Shown piece by piece: positions 10,640-21,190 of a DNA stretch of 35,288 nt. Position 1 is the stretch's first letter; each line of letters begins with the position of its first letter. The notes beneath the pieces were generated by a model. It was not told the DNA's origin. It was given only the letters and a program-made list of their open reading frames with translations, and did not search any database. A program made the position numbers and the translations under genes. Origin of the DNA: an uncultured Clostridia bacterium (GTDB lineage Bacteria > Bacillota > Clostridia > Lachnospirales > CAMVHY01); contig CAMKTI010000003.1 in assembly GCA_946415665.1 (NCBI GenBank), positions 1-35,288 of the forward strand. The letters are read 5' to 3'.

Positions 10640-11018
10640 CAAGTGCATAGTCGACATAATCTTTATTGATGTGAAACCCGTTCTCCAAGAACCATACAAC
10701 ACACTTCTTTAAGTATACAAAAAAACTGCGGTATGGCTTTAAAATAACACCCCCACCACATAAAAACAGTCTTAACCCACAACAGTGATGTCTACTGAAA
10801 GACATTCCTCGACAGCAAAAAAAACTCGATTAAAATTTGAAATTTTTCTATCCAACTTATCATTTTCCATAGCAAACTACCTACAAATAAACGCAGCTAA
10901 ATTTAAAAATCTTCTTTTTTCATAACCAGCACCTTTTTTAGCCCATGTCAACCAACAAGAGCTAAAAAACACCGCATTCACTCAATCTAAATTGCAAAAC
11001 TGATATATAATACAGACA

Positions 11019-11092
<74 letters not shown>

Positions 11093-11101
11093 AAAAAACA
11101 A

Positions 11102-11174
11102 TGGGTGTAATAGGGCTCGAACCTATGACCCTCTGCTTGTAAGGCAGACGCTCTCCCAGCTGAGCTATACACCC
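11102..11174 (-). tRNA. tRNA-Val(TAC)
   Basis: GGGTGTA acceptor; TCTGC-CTTACAA-GCAGA anticodon arm. Confidence 0.95.
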
Positions 11175-11179
11175 AAGCG

Positions 11180-11253
<74 letters not shown>

Positions 11254-11320
11254 AACTTTCCCACGATATCATACAAAAAAACCTTTGTCAAGTACTAAAT
11301 CAAATTTTTTTCAATAAAAA

Positions 11321-11824
11321 TTATTTTACAAAACAAATTAACTTATGGGCTGCCTGTTTAGGACTTGAAAATTTATTGCAATCCAACGTATAATCGCAAA
11401 TATTTTTATATAAATTATATCTTTGGGAAAATAATTTTTTGATCGACAAATAATTTTGAATTAGAGGACGCAGATTTATTTTGTCATTCATAAGATTTTT
11501 ATGAATTTTATTGGGCCGGCAAAAAAGATAAATTACAATACCAAGTTTTTTTATCAAATCAAAATTTTTTTTATAAGTCACGCAGCCTCCGCCGAGAGCA
11601 ATAATCAAATTTTTATCCTGCGGAATATTTTTTATAATTTCTGATTCAAGTTCACGAAAATAATTTTCACCATGCACTTTAAATATATCTGGAATATTTT
11701 TTTTTGCCTTTTTAACAATTTCCATATCACTGTCAATATGTTTATACAAATATTCTTGGGCAAAAATTTTAGCAACAGAAGATTTTCCGCTTCCTGGCAT
11801 TCCAATTAAAACAATATTTTTCAT
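11321..11824 (-). CDS. aroK: Shikimate kinase
   Basis: NIVLIGMPGSGKS P-loop, GENYFRELE, LGGG, RPL motifs. Confidence 0.93.
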   Translation of the reverse strand: MKNIVLIGMPGSGKSSVAKIFAQEYLYKHIDSDMEIVKKAKKNIPDIFKVHGENYFRELESEIIKNIPQDKNLIIALGGGCVTYKKNFDLIKKLGIVIYLFCRPNKIHKNLMNDKINLRPLIQNYLSIKKLFSQRYNLYKNICDYTLDCNKFSSPKQAAHKLICFVK

Positions 11825-11926
11825 TTTTTATCACCTATTCTTTAAAATTTAATTTATAAAAAAAACAGACCTGAAAATAATAGCATTTTTCAGATCAATA
11901 AAGTATTTATAATAAAATTTCGCTTT

Positions 11927-12208
11927 TTATTTACGATTTTTTTTCAAATTATCAATTTTAATATCTACCCATTTTAAAAATTCTTCTTCCGGCATGTTTG
12001 GATCTTTGTAAGACATAAATTTTTCGCACTGCTTTATATTACAGCCACCACAATTTTTGCAAGGTTTTTTCACTGCACACTCATAAAGAGGACATGTACT
12101 TCCTTCAAGATAAAAAACTTTACCTTTTGCATTTTTACAGCCACCACAATTTTTAAACGACTTACAAACTGAGCAATCAGCTCCACACATTGAAATAAAT
12201 TCGTTCAT
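11927..12208 (-). CDS. Small Cys-rich protein, DUF3795-like
   Basis: CGADCSVC..CGGC...CPLYEC....CKNCGGC....C pattern; GGAGGTG RBS. Confidence 0.75.
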   Translation of the reverse strand: MNEFISMCGADCSVCKSFKNCGGCKNAKGKVFYLEGSTCPLYECAVKKPCKNCGGCNIKQCEKFMSYKDPNMPEEEFLKWVDIKIDNLKKNRK

Positions 12209-12380
12209 TTTGTCACCTCCGATTTATTTAAACATAATATAGCACCAAATTTTCCATAAGCATTGTTTTAACTTTAAAAACGGAATTTTTTGCTTTGATT
12301 TAAGACAAATATGATTTATTGTGTTCGGTTTTTGTTTTTAAAATGTGCTGTTGGTAAAAAGTATGGAACAGAAAACATTA

Positions 12381-12997
12381 GGTAGCGTTCACATAAAATA
12401 AAAATAGATTTACCAAAAAGAAAAAGTGATTAAGATAGAAATATGAAATTTACAAAAGTGTAATATAAAAAGCTAGAGGGATTAATGCCGATGGAAAGAA
12501 GACCGGCAAATGTATAATTCAGGTGTGCAACGCTTTACATAATAGAGAATGGTTACAAATGGAGAGCATTACCGAAAAAATATGGAACATGGCACACAGT
12601 TTATATGAAATTTAGTAGATGACCGAAGAACGGTACAATTGCCAAAAGCTATTGCTTTTTTTTTTACCCTGATTTTAGAAACTATGAAAAAGCAAAAACT
12701 GCTTGATGAATAAGATTATATATTCTTTATTGATAGTACGAGCATAAAGATGATAAAACTTTAGCTTTAGCCAAAAATCACGGCTTTAAGACAGTTGTTC
12801 CACCTAAAAAAAAATCGTAAGTTACCTTGGAGTTACGATAAACACCTTTATAAACAACGCAATAACATCGAGCGATATTTCCTGAGATTAAAACGTTTTA
12901 GAAAAGTTTTTACTCGTTATGATAAACTTGATTCTATTTTTATTTCTACAGTCTCCCTTGCTTTTATTTTTGACTTGTTTTTTATGTGAACGCTGTC
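12381..12997 (+). mobile_element. IS5-family 'type B', internally deleted non-autonomous copy
   Basis: IRs GGTAGCGTTCACATAAAA / TTTTATGTGAACGCTGTC flanked by TA on both sides; C-terminal YKQRNNIERYFLRLKRFRKVFTRYDKL; central region missing relative to the other copies. Confidence 0.92.
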
Positions 12998-13026
12998 TAA
13001 TTAAAAAAATTAAGTCGGCGAAAATA

Positions 13027-13196
13027 TTTTTTAATATTTACTTATAAATTCAGCCAAAATATTTATATCAAGCGTATTTTCTAAATTTATGTCATGTTTT
13101 TTCGTCTCGTTGATAAATTTTATAGTGAACAGCAAATCAAGATTTGATTTTAAAATTGAGTTTTTGGTTTACCTTTTTTCGTGCAAAAAATATTTT
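13027..13196 (-). repeat. Diverged duplicate of the last ~170 bp of the ECF ATPase gene (matches 13898..14068)
   Basis: Minus strand encodes ILKSNLDLLFTIKFINETKKHDINLENTLDINILAEFISKY* versus ILKSNLDLPFTIKFINEIKKHGINLENTLDINLLAEFISKY*. Confidence 0.93.
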
Positions 13197-13298
13197 GTGC
13201 TTTTGTTAAAAAAATAATTTACAAATAATATTTTTATAGTGATAGAATGATAATGGTTGTATTTTCAATTCGATTTTTTGATAAGGAGGGAGTTTTTT

Positions 13299-13839
13299 GA
13301 TGGATTCGATTCAAAATAAAAATGCTTTGGATATGTATTGGCATCCAGATGGATACTGTCGTTCCACAAAAGTTTCGTCATTACGCATGTCATGGTTGTT
13401 ATTTAAAAGAATCTTTAAGTTAGTTTTTAATGGTTTTGCAAGACCAGATGGTAAAAAACTCGAAGGGACAGTAATTGAGAAGATTTTAGCTGTTGGATAC
13501 GTTTTGTTTGCACTGTTAGGTTGTTTGGCGTTATTAATTGCTTTGGGTGTATTGGCTGATGCTGGTATTGGACCATTATTTTTTATTTTTCTTGGTATTG
13601 GAGCTTCTCTGCTAGGAATTGTCGCGATTGGTACAATTGTATTTAGTGCGATTTATAAAAAAAATATGCCTGAAGATAAAATTTATTTTTATTGTGGCAA
13701 GACCAACAGAGAAAAACAAATATATTTCGCAAGGGGAAACGCCCTGTTTGATATGCCGAAAAAAGGTTTTAAGCCGTATGATGTAAAAAATATTGACACT
13801 AGAAATTTGATCATTCCCCGATCGCAAGTTTATGATTAA
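13299..13839 (+). CDS. Orphan membrane protein with a central two-helix hydrophobic hairpin
   Basis: ~180-aa ORF (start TTG 13297 or the next codon, ATG 13300) behind AAGGAGG RBS; ILAVGYVLFALLGCLALLIALGVLA-DAG-IGPLFFIFLGIGASLLGIVAIGTIVF. Confidence 0.8.
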
Positions 13840-13901
13840 AAAGATTTTCAACGCAACCGTCGCGATTTCAATCGACAAAATTAAACTGCTAACAAAATTT
13901 T

Positions 13902-14729
13902 TTAATATTTACTTATAAATTCAGCCAGAAGATTTATATCAAGTGTATTTTCTAAATTTATGCCATGTTTTTTTATTTCATTAATAAATTTTATAGTAAA
14001 TGGCAAATCAAGATTTGATTTCAAAATTAAATCTTTGGTTTGTTTTTTTTTTGCGCAAAAAATATTTTCTGGCGTATCATCAAAAATTATTTTTGACTTA
14101 TCTAAAATTATTAAGCGATTAAATTTTATTGCTTCCTCTACATCATGCGTAATAAAAATAATTGTCTTTTGATATTTACGATTCAAATCAAAAATTTGTT
14201 CTAAAATATCCTGTTTATCATTTATCATCGATGTCGATTCGTCGAAAATAATATAATCCGGATTCATCGCTAAAATTCCTGCGATAGCAATTTTTTGTTT
14301 TTGTCCGCCGGAAAGATTACTTACAAGCAAATTTTTATATTCAAACATATTAACCATTTTTAATGCATTTTCAACGCGCTGATTTATTTCGTTTTCATCC
14401 AAATTTAAATTTTCCGGACCAAAAGCAATATCTTCACAAATAATATCCGAAACGATTTGATTATCTGGATTTTGAAAAACCATGCCGACTTTCGAACGAA
14501 TTTTATAAATATTATTTTCATCATCATAATTTAAATCGTCCGTAATAATCACACCGGATTTTTTTTTCAATAAATAATTTAATAGGCGAGCCAAAGTTGA
14601 TTTTCCTGAACCGTTTGCTCCCATAAAAGCAATAAGTTCGCCTTGTTTTATTTCTAAATTTATATCATCTAAAATATTTCTTTGTTCGTCACATCCATAA
14701 GCAAAATATAAATTTTTTATTTTTATCAT
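13902..14729 (-). CDS. ecfA: Energy-coupling factor transporter ATPase (EcfA/CbiO family)
   Basis: GANGSGKS Walker A, VFQNPDNQ, DIAFGPENL, LSGGQKQK, IIFDES, ITHD. ATG at 14729 is the likely start. Confidence 0.9.
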   Translation of the reverse strand: MIKIKNLYFAYGCDEQRNILDDINLEIKQGELIAFMGANGSGKSTLARLLNYLLKKKSGVIITDDLNYDDENNIYKIRSKVGMVFQNPDNQIVSDIICEDIAFGPENLNLDENEINQRVENALKMVNMFEYKNLLVSNLSGGQKQKIAIAGILAMNPDYIIFDESTSMINDKQDILEQIFDLNRKYQKTIIFITHDVEEAIKFNRLIILDKSKIIFDDTPENIFCAKKKQTKDLILKSNLDLPFTIKFINEIKKHGINLENTLDINLLAEFISKY

Positions 14730-14823
14730 TTTTTTATCACCCAAGAAAAAAATATTTTTTTTGCACTATAAAATCAAGTTTTTTGATAGAATAGCGTTTA
14801 AAAAATATTTAGGGGATGAAAAA

Positions 14824-16944
14824 ATGCCTGACAATGAAAATAAAAATTATGCGACAAAATTATTTGATTACGTGATGAATTATGAAGATGTTTTAAATTT
14901 TGAAGCTGTTTTTAGTGACGAAACAGAAAATTTTGTTTTGCCAGTAAATATAGAAAAAAATCAGCCGTTTAAAATTAAAATCAGGACGGCAAAAAATAAT
15001 GTGGATGAAATTTATTTATGTTCTGGAATCGAAAGATTTTTGATGCAAAAAATTGAGGATGATGATTTTTTTGATTATTATTTAGCGGAAATTGATGGAC
15101 AGGAAAATAGATTTGAGTATTATTTTGAGCTAAGCAAAAATGAAAAGATTTATTTTTATAACAAAAGAGGTTTATATGATTTTTTAAATCCGGAATATAA
15201 TTTTAATATTATTCCCGGATTTATTGTTCCGGATTGGCTTAAGGGTTCGGTTATGTATCAAATTTATGTCGATAGATTTTATAATGGTGATGAAAAAAAT
15301 GATGTGCTTGATAATGAGTATATTTATTTAGGAAAGCCAGCGAAAAAAATAAAAGATTGGAGTGCTGACGTTTTAAAAGATGATGTTTGTAATTTTTATG
15401 GCGGAGATTTGCAAGGCGTAATAGATAAATTGGATTATATAGAAAGTTTGGAAGTTGAGATTATTTATTTGAATCCGATTTTTGTTTCTCCGAGCAATCA
15501 TAAATATGATATTCAGGATTATGATTATGTTGATCCGCATTATGGAAAAATTGTTGAAGATAGCGGAGAAGTTCTTGATTTAAATAAATTTCATAATAAA
15601 TTCGCGACGAAATATATTTCACGGACAACGGATAAAAAAAATCTTGAGGCTTCGAATAAGTTATTTATAAATCTTGTGAAATTAGCGCATGAACGCGGAA
15701 TAAAAATAATTTTGGATGGTGTTTTTAATCATTGTGGCGCGTTTAATAAATGGCTCGATAAAGAAGGATTTTATTACAAAAATAATTATCCGGCAGGAGC
15801 TTACCGTGACGAAAAAAGCATTTATCACAATTATTTTAGATGGTATGACAAAAACTGGCCGAATAATGATTGTTATGATAGTTGGTGGGGATTTGATAAT
15901 CATCCGAAATTAAATTATGAGAACTCGCCGGAGCTTTTTAAATATATTTTAGAAATCGGAGCGAAATGGGTTAGCGCACCATTTAATGCTGACGGTTGGA
16001 GAGTTGATGTTGCGGCAGATATTGGAATGAGTCCAGAGTTTAATCATGAATTTTGGCGGCAATTCCGTAAGGCAATAAAAAAAGTAAATCCTGAGGCGAT
16101 TATTATTGCTGAACATTATGGCAGTCCAAAAAGTTGGCTCGTTGGTGATCAATGGGATTCTGTTATGAATTATGATGCGTTTATGGAGCCAATAACTTGG
16201 TTTTTAACTGGAATGGAAAAACACAGCGAGAGTTTTAAACACGAAAAATTATGTAATGCGATTGATTTTGAAAATTCGATGAGATATTTTATGTCGCAAT
16301 TTAGTTTTCAATCGCTTTATTCGGCAATGAATGAATTATCGAATCATGATCATTCAAGATTTTTGACGCGAACAAATAAAATTGTTGGGCGGCTTGGACA
16401 AAAAAATTCGCGTGAGGCAGAAGAAAATGTTGATAAAAATGTAATGATGGAAGCCGTCGTTTTTCAAATGACTTGGCCGGGATGTCCTACGATTTATTAT
16501 GGCGATGAAGTTGGATTGGCGGGATGGTCTGATCCGGATAATCGTCGGCCTTTCCCTTGGGATAATCAGGATAAAAATTTGCTTGAGCTGCATAAATTTT
16601 TGGCGCATGTGCATAAAAAAAGTCGAGCATTAAAAGTTGGTTCGCTTGAATATTTATATTTGAATCATGGAATAATTTCGTTCGGCAGATGGCTTGATCA
16701 AGAAAAATTTGTGGTTGTGCTAAATAATAATGATTGTGAAAAAGAAATTTTTGTGCCGGTTTGGAAAATTGGTTTGGATGAAAAAGAAAAGTTAAAAAAA
16801 ATAATTTTGACGGGCGAAAATAAATTTGATGTGAATGAAGATGTTTTTGATGTGAAAGATGGTTTTGTAAAGTTAATTTTAAACGGAAAAAGTTCGATTG
16901 TATTAAAAAATATTTTTGAACGAGAAAAGTCGAGCGCGAGTTAA
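14824..16944 (+). CDS. GH13 alpha-glycosidase (neopullulanase/cyclomaltodextrinase-like)
   Basis: YQIYVDRF, GGDLQGV, SNHKYD, DGVFNH, DGWRVDVA, AEH, SNHDHSR, YYGDEVG, DPDNRRPFPW; ATG 14824 behind AGGGG. Confidence 0.93.
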   Translation: MPDNENKNYATKLFDYVMNYEDVLNFEAVFSDETENFVLPVNIEKNQPFKIKIRTAKNNVDEIYLCSGIERFLMQKIEDDDFFDYYLAEIDGQENRFEYYFELSKNEKIYFYNKRGLYDFLNPEYNFNIIPGFIVPDWLKGSVMYQIYVDRFYNGDEKNDVLDNEYIYLGKPAKKIKDWSADVLKDDVCNFYGGDLQGVIDKLDYIESLEVEIIYLNPIFVSPSNHKYDIQDYDYVDPHYGKIVEDSGEVLDLNKFHNKFATKYISRTTDKKNLEASNKLFINLVKLAHERGIKIILDGVFNHCGAFNKWLDKEGFYYKNNYPAGAYRDEKSIYHNYFRWYDKNWPNNDCYDSWWGFDNHPKLNYENSPELFKYILEIGAKWVSAPFNADGWRVDVAADIGMSPEFNHEFWRQFRKAIKKVNPEAIIIAEHYGSPKSWLVGDQWDSVMNYDAFMEPITWFLTGMEKHSESFKHEKLCNAIDFENSMRYFMSQFSFQSLYSAMNELSNHDHSRFLTRTNKIVGRLGQKNSREAEENVDKNVMMEAVVFQMTWPGCPTIYYGDEVGLAGWSDPDNRRPFPWDNQDKNLLELHKFLAHVHKKSRALKVGSLEYLYLNHGIISFGRWLDQEKFVVVLNNNDCEKEIFVPVWKIGLDEKEKLKKIILTGENKFDVNEDVFDVKDGFVKLILNGKSSIVLKNIFEREKSSAS

Positions 16945-16981
16945 AGTCGCGTTTTTTTTGTGCCAAAATAAAATTTGAATT
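16935..16981 (+). repeat. Terminator-containing direct repeat, copy 1 (copy 2 at 18900..18944)
   Basis: CGCGAgttaaagTCGCGTTTTTTTTgtGCCAAAATAAAATTTGAATT versus CGCGAttttaatTCGCGTTTTTTTTGCCAAAATAAAATTTGAATT. Confidence 0.85.
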
Positions 16982-17042
16982 CGTTTGATTATGTATTTTT
17001 GAGCTGAAACTAAAATCATTAGAAAAATATTTTTGTTATCTC

Positions 17043-17071
17043 TTGACAAATAAAAATTTTTGTTTTATAAT
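17043..17071 (+). promoter_or_regulatory. Consensus sigma-A promoter of the 584-aa orphan
   Basis: TTGACA-17 bp-TATAAT; GGAGGAG RBS before ATG 17110. Confidence 0.85.
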
Positions 17072-17109
17072 CTATTATATTATAGAAGATTTTGGAGGAG
17101 TGATTTGAA

Positions 17110-18864
17110 ATGAAAGAAAACGATGGTGATAGTTTAAATTTATTTTTGGGTGATAATAATTCAAAAAAAGATAAATCTAATAACAATACAAACAAACAGG
17201 AACAAAATCAAATTATGATGAATAAAAGTGATTATTCCGAAATCTTAGCGGATGAATCGGTAATTAAAAAAATAAAAGAGAGCGAACAATTAAGCATTGA
17301 TAAAATGAAAAACATTATAGACAAATGTTTTAAAGCAAAGCGTAAAGACCCAAACGCAAATATTATTGATGAGGATTTTTTGCGTTTAGTTTGGAGTTTT
17401 AATTTTAGGTATTACAAAGCTAAGAATAAAACATGTTCTTCTATTGATTATGCATCGGTAAATAAGAATCAATTAAATAATTTGGTTCAGCAACATCCTA
17501 GTGAGTTTTTTCATTGTCTTTATAAGCTTGATATTAAATTTGACGATTTATATATTATCGCCCAAGAAGCGATAAAAAATAGTGATTATAACAGAGAATT
17601 ATCGAGCAGATATCCGAATCAATATAATATTACTCATAAACCTTGGCGTAATAGTATTGCTGACAAAATGTTTTATGATTCGAAAAAAACTTTGGATGTC
17701 AAATTTTTTGTTTGGTTGAATGAAAATGGTTACTTTGCTAAACACGATGAAATTGTTTTTTATCAGTCTTCCGGTCACCATTTTAAGGCAAGTTCTGAGA
17801 AGTTGCCAGCAATTGACGAATTCGAAAATATTTGTAAAAAAAGAAAAGAAGAGAGAATAGGAAATTATAAATTTGAGACGTTTGATGAATTTAAAAAGTT
17901 TGTTGGTCTTGACAAAGACGATGATCAATATAAAAAAGAATATTACCCAAATGTAGCGGTTTCTGTAAAATCATTGTCCGAGATTTTGAAAAAGGAAAAT
18001 AAATTTTTAACCAAAGATGAATTTATAAAACTGATAAATAGAGAAAATATATTTTTTGATAAACCGGGAAATCTCACTGAAGATGATATTAAAGGATGGG
18101 ATAATTATAAAGACTTTGTTAATAAATTAGGAAAAATGACTGACGAAGAAAGAAAAAAAAGACGTGAATCTAGAAAAAAACTTTGGGAATACATGGAGCA
18201 TATTCTTTTTGGTAATCCGAGAAAACAAAATACTCAAGGGCTAACCGATATAAGAAATTTAGACGATGCCGATCTAGAAAATATCGCTGATTGTTTGTCA
18301 AAAAAGTTTGAGTTTTTTACTGGTATAAGCTTATTGTGTGATAATGATGACATTTTCGATAACAAAAAAGACGAAAAGAATAATGAATTCAAATACAGAA
18401 ATTATATTGTTAATAGTTTAAAAAATTTTAAGGGTTTATTCCCATTACTGGAGAATTGCGAAATTAAGCCACAAATAAAAATCGATTTACCGGAGCTAGA
18501 ACAAAAAATAAAAATAACAGGACAAGATAGAAATAAGCTTGTGACGTCCCAGAATGCAACTAGCAGCTGGAAAAGATTAACTGCCGGAATAATTTTATTG
18601 GTGTTTGGAGTTATTGGCTGTGGTAGTGTGGTTTTGGGCTTAGGTTTGGCAAGTAAACTTGCTGTTGCTTTGTTGTTTTTGTTTGTATTTATGATAATCA
18701 CCGGTACATTGTGTTTGTTGTGGAAAAAAATTAGTGATTGTTTAGCTCCGTGTTGTTCGCAAATATTTGATTCAAGGTATCAAAAAAGTTTGATTGACAA
18801 AAGTAAAATTATCAAGCAGGAAATAAATTTCAATTTAACGACCAATAACATCTTGCAAAAATGA
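17110..18864 (+). CDS. Orphan protein with C-terminal hydrophobic hairpin and juxtamembrane Cys cluster
   Basis: 584 aa with ~490 hydrophilic residues, then AGIILLVFGVIGCGSVVLGLG / LAVALLFLFVFMIITGTLCLLW, then DCLAPCC; no signal peptide; no family recognised. Confidence 0.85.
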   Translation: MKENDGDSLNLFLGDNNSKKDKSNNNTNKQEQNQIMMNKSDYSEILADESVIKKIKESEQLSIDKMKNIIDKCFKAKRKDPNANIIDEDFLRLVWSFNFRYYKAKNKTCSSIDYASVNKNQLNNLVQQHPSEFFHCLYKLDIKFDDLYIIAQEAIKNSDYNRELSSRYPNQYNITHKPWRNSIADKMFYDSKKTLDVKFFVWLNENGYFAKHDEIVFYQSSGHHFKASSEKLPAIDEFENICKKRKEERIGNYKFETFDEFKKFVGLDKDDDQYKKEYYPNVAVSVKSLSEILKKENKFLTKDEFIKLINRENIFFDKPGNLTEDDIKGWDNYKDFVNKLGKMTDEERKKRRESRKKLWEYMEHILFGNPRKQNTQGLTDIRNLDDADLENIADCLSKKFEFFTGISLLCDNDDIFDNKKDEKNNEFKYRNYIVNSLKNFKGLFPLLENCEIKPQIKIDLPELEQKIKITGQDRNKLVTSQNATSSWKRLTAGIILLVFGVIGCGSVVLGLGLASKLAVALLFLFVFMIITGTLCLLWKKISDCLAPCCSQIFDSRYQKSLIDKSKIIKQEINFNLTTNNILQK

Positions 18865-18896
18865 ATTAAATAAGTATTATTATACAGCAAATGATA

Positions 18897-18944
18897 AAAC
18901 GCGATTTTAATTCGCGTTTTTTTTGCCAAAATAAAATTTGAATT
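18897..18944 (+). terminator. Intrinsic terminator (direct repeat copy 2)
   Basis: AAAACGCGA-ttttaat-TCGCGTTTT then T-run. Confidence 0.8.
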
Positions 18945-18974
18945 TATTGGAATATATGGATCCAATCAACTTTT

Positions 18975-19040
18975 TTTCAGTAACATAGATGCAACATTTT
19001 TGTTAACCCCCATTTTGAACGTCACATGATCTGTTCCTGA
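18975..19040 (-). pseudogene. Small IS5 transposase fragment
   Basis: Minus strand QIM*RSKWGLTKMLHLCY resembles the GRSKGGLTTKxHL motif region of the type B copies. Confidence 0.5.
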
Positions 19041-19262
19041 TTATTTTTATTGTGGAAAAAATATAATTGGCGAAACAAAAATAAATACAAGTGGAGAAAA
19101 TATTAATTTAAAGCCCGCAAGAATGACAATTATTCAAAAATAGAGATAAAAAAAACAAAACTGTGTACCTGTTACACAGTTTTATTTATGTAAATAAATT
19201 TTTTAAGCATAAGAAATTATGTGCTGTGAATAAATTTCAATAACATCAACGTTTTTTTTTAG

Positions 19263-19745
19263 TTGATAAATAAGGTGATGACTTTGGATTTTTTGGCGAA
19301 TTATATTAAAAATATTTTGCTCTGTGTGATTTTTTCGATATGCATTGAAATGATTTTGCCAAACGATAAATATAAAAAATATATTAATTTAGTCTCGGGC
19401 TTAATTTTAATTTTGGTAATAATTTTTCCAATAAAAAACTTCTACAACAAATATTTTATTTGTAATAGAAATAATTTTTCAGTAGATAAATATGACAAAA
19501 AAATTTTTGTTTGCGATATTTATAAGCAAAGTATAAATAAGCAGATAAATCTTTTAGCAAAAAAAATGGGAATAAAAATTTTGGATTCTGAAATTGAAGT
19601 CAAAGAAGAAAATAATACGTGTGAAATAAAAAATATAAAAATTAATTTTGGTGACGATTGTAAAGTTGATGACAAAAAAAAATTTTTATATGCGTTGGGT
19701 TTGATTTATAAAATCGGCGCTGAAAATATAATTTGTGGCCAATAA
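19263..19745 (+). CDS. spoIIIAF: Stage III sporulation protein AF-like
   Basis: YIKNILL...IEMILPNDKYKKYINLVSGLILILVIIFPI signature; upstream of AG/AH. Confidence 0.82.
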   Translation: MINKVMTLDFLANYIKNILLCVIFSICIEMILPNDKYKKYINLVSGLILILVIIFPIKNFYNKYFICNRNNFSVDKYDKKIFVCDIYKQSINKQINLLAKKMGIKILDSEIEVKEENNTCEIKNIKINFGDDCKVDDKKKFLYALGLIYKIGAENIICGQ

Positions 19746-19963
19746 ATAGAAAAAAAATAAATTGGTAAGCAAAGTTGAATTTATTTTTTGAGAATAATTT
19801 TTTAGCTAGCGAAATATAAAAATTACATAAGCTTTATTTCGGTTTGAAAATAATTTGTTAGTTAAGGAGTGATTTAAGTAATCAAAAATATTTTTTTTGA
19901 AACAAAAAATTTATTTAAGGAATCGATTTAATCGCGTGCAAAATTTTTTGAGGTGGTAAACAA

Positions 19964-20521
19964 ATGAGCCTGATACAAAAATTTTTTGTTAATCAGGATA
20001 AAAATATCGGATTGAAATTAATTTTTGGTTTGCTTTTGGGAATAGTTTTGTTGTTTATAAGTAATTCAGACAAAAAAAAAATTAATACAGGCGAAAAAAA
20101 TATTTTTGAGACAGAAAAAAAAATTGATTTTGATTGTGATGTGTATGAGAAAAAATTGGAGTTAAAACTAGAAAATTTATTGTCACAAGTAAAAGGTGCA
20201 GGAAATATAAAAGTAATGATAAGTATATTTAACGGAAAAGAAATTTTGCTTGCGCAAGATATAAATTCAAGCGAATCAAAAATTAATGAAAATGATAAAT
20301 CTGGTAGCACAAAAGAAACGTTTGAGCAAAAAAAAGAAACCAAAAAAATAATTATTAATGATAAGCCACTGATAATAAAAGAAATTATGCCGGAGATTAC
20401 CGGAGCAATTATTGTTGCAGAAGGAGGAGATAATGCGTTTATAAAAAGTGAATTAATACGAGCAACACAAATTATTTTAAATATCGATGTCCATAAAATT
20501 CGTGTTTTAAAAATGAAATAA
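19964..20521 (+). CDS. spoIIIAG: Stage III sporulation protein AG
   Basis: N-terminal TM, YEKKLELKLENLLSQVKGAGNIKVMI, PEITGAIIVAEGGDN...HKIRVLKM. Confidence 0.92.
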   Translation: MSLIQKFFVNQDKNIGLKLIFGLLLGIVLLFISNSDKKKINTGEKNIFETEKKIDFDCDVYEKKLELKLENLLSQVKGAGNIKVMISIFNGKEILLAQDINSSESKINENDKSGSTKETFEQKKETKKIIINDKPLIIKEIMPEITGAIIVAEGGDNAFIKSELIRATQIILNIDVHKIRVLKMK

Positions 20522-20536
20522 AAAATAAATTTTGGA

Positions 20537-21190
20537 GTGAAAAAAATGTTTGTCATAAAACGAAATCATGTGATTATAGTTGCTTTGGTAATAATGGTTG
20601 GAGTTGCTGGATATTTAAATTACATGGATAATAATTTAAAAAATGACGAAATAATTTTAAATGATAACGGAGAAATTTCTGCGCTTGTGCCGGATGAAAA
20701 CTTGCCGGTCAATGCAAATCTTGATTCACAAATAGAAATGGATTTTGATAAAAAAAATAGTAAAAAAAATAAGTTTGAAAGCAAAAATGATTTTGAAGAA
20801 AGTGATAATGATGCAATCGCTGTAAATAAATCAATGGAAAATTCTTATTTTGTTCAAGCAAAACTTGACAGGGAACAAGCTAGAGCTAAACAAAAAGAAA
20901 TTCTTGATGATATGATTAATAATAAAAATTTGAGTGAAAGTAAAAAAACGGAATGTGTGGATAATAAAATCGAAATTCAAAAGAGAATAGAAAAAGAAAG
21001 TGCGGCTGAATCTTTACTAGAGTCAAAAGGTTTTGATGAAACTTATGTAAGAATTGATGATGAAACGGTTGATGTTGTAATAAATAAAGAAATGCTTTCG
21101 GATGCAGAAGTCGCACAAATAGAAGATATAGTTAAAAGAAAAACTGGTTTTAAAGCAAGTCAAATAAGAATTAGTACGTTAAAAAAATAA
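20537..21190 (+). CDS. spoIIIAH: Stage III sporulation protein AH-like
   Basis: KRNHVIIVALVIMVGVAGYLNY, YFVQAKLDREQAR, ESLLESKGF...VDVVI...QIEDIVKRKTG. Confidence 0.92.
   Translation: MKKMFVIKRNHVIIVALVIMVGVAGYLNYMDNNLKNDEIILNDNGEISALVPDENLPVNANLDSQIEMDFDKKNSKKNKFESKNDFEESDNDAIAVNKSMENSYFVQAKLDREQARAKQKEILDDMINNKNLSESKKTECVDNKIEIQKRIEKESAAESLLESKGFDETYVRIDDETVDVVINKEMLSDAEVAQIEDIVKRKTGFKASQIRISTLKK

Noticed and set aside
19040-19143. Short frame DYFYCGK... resembling YFYCGK in the 180-aa orphan
   Set aside because: A six-residue match in AT-rich DNA with no further similarity; chance cannot be excluded.
19993-20556. Long antisense ORFs (also 16487..16966, 17599..17928, 28801..29211, 26885..27169)
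   Set aside because: Shadow frames of well-supported genes with no recognisable motifs.
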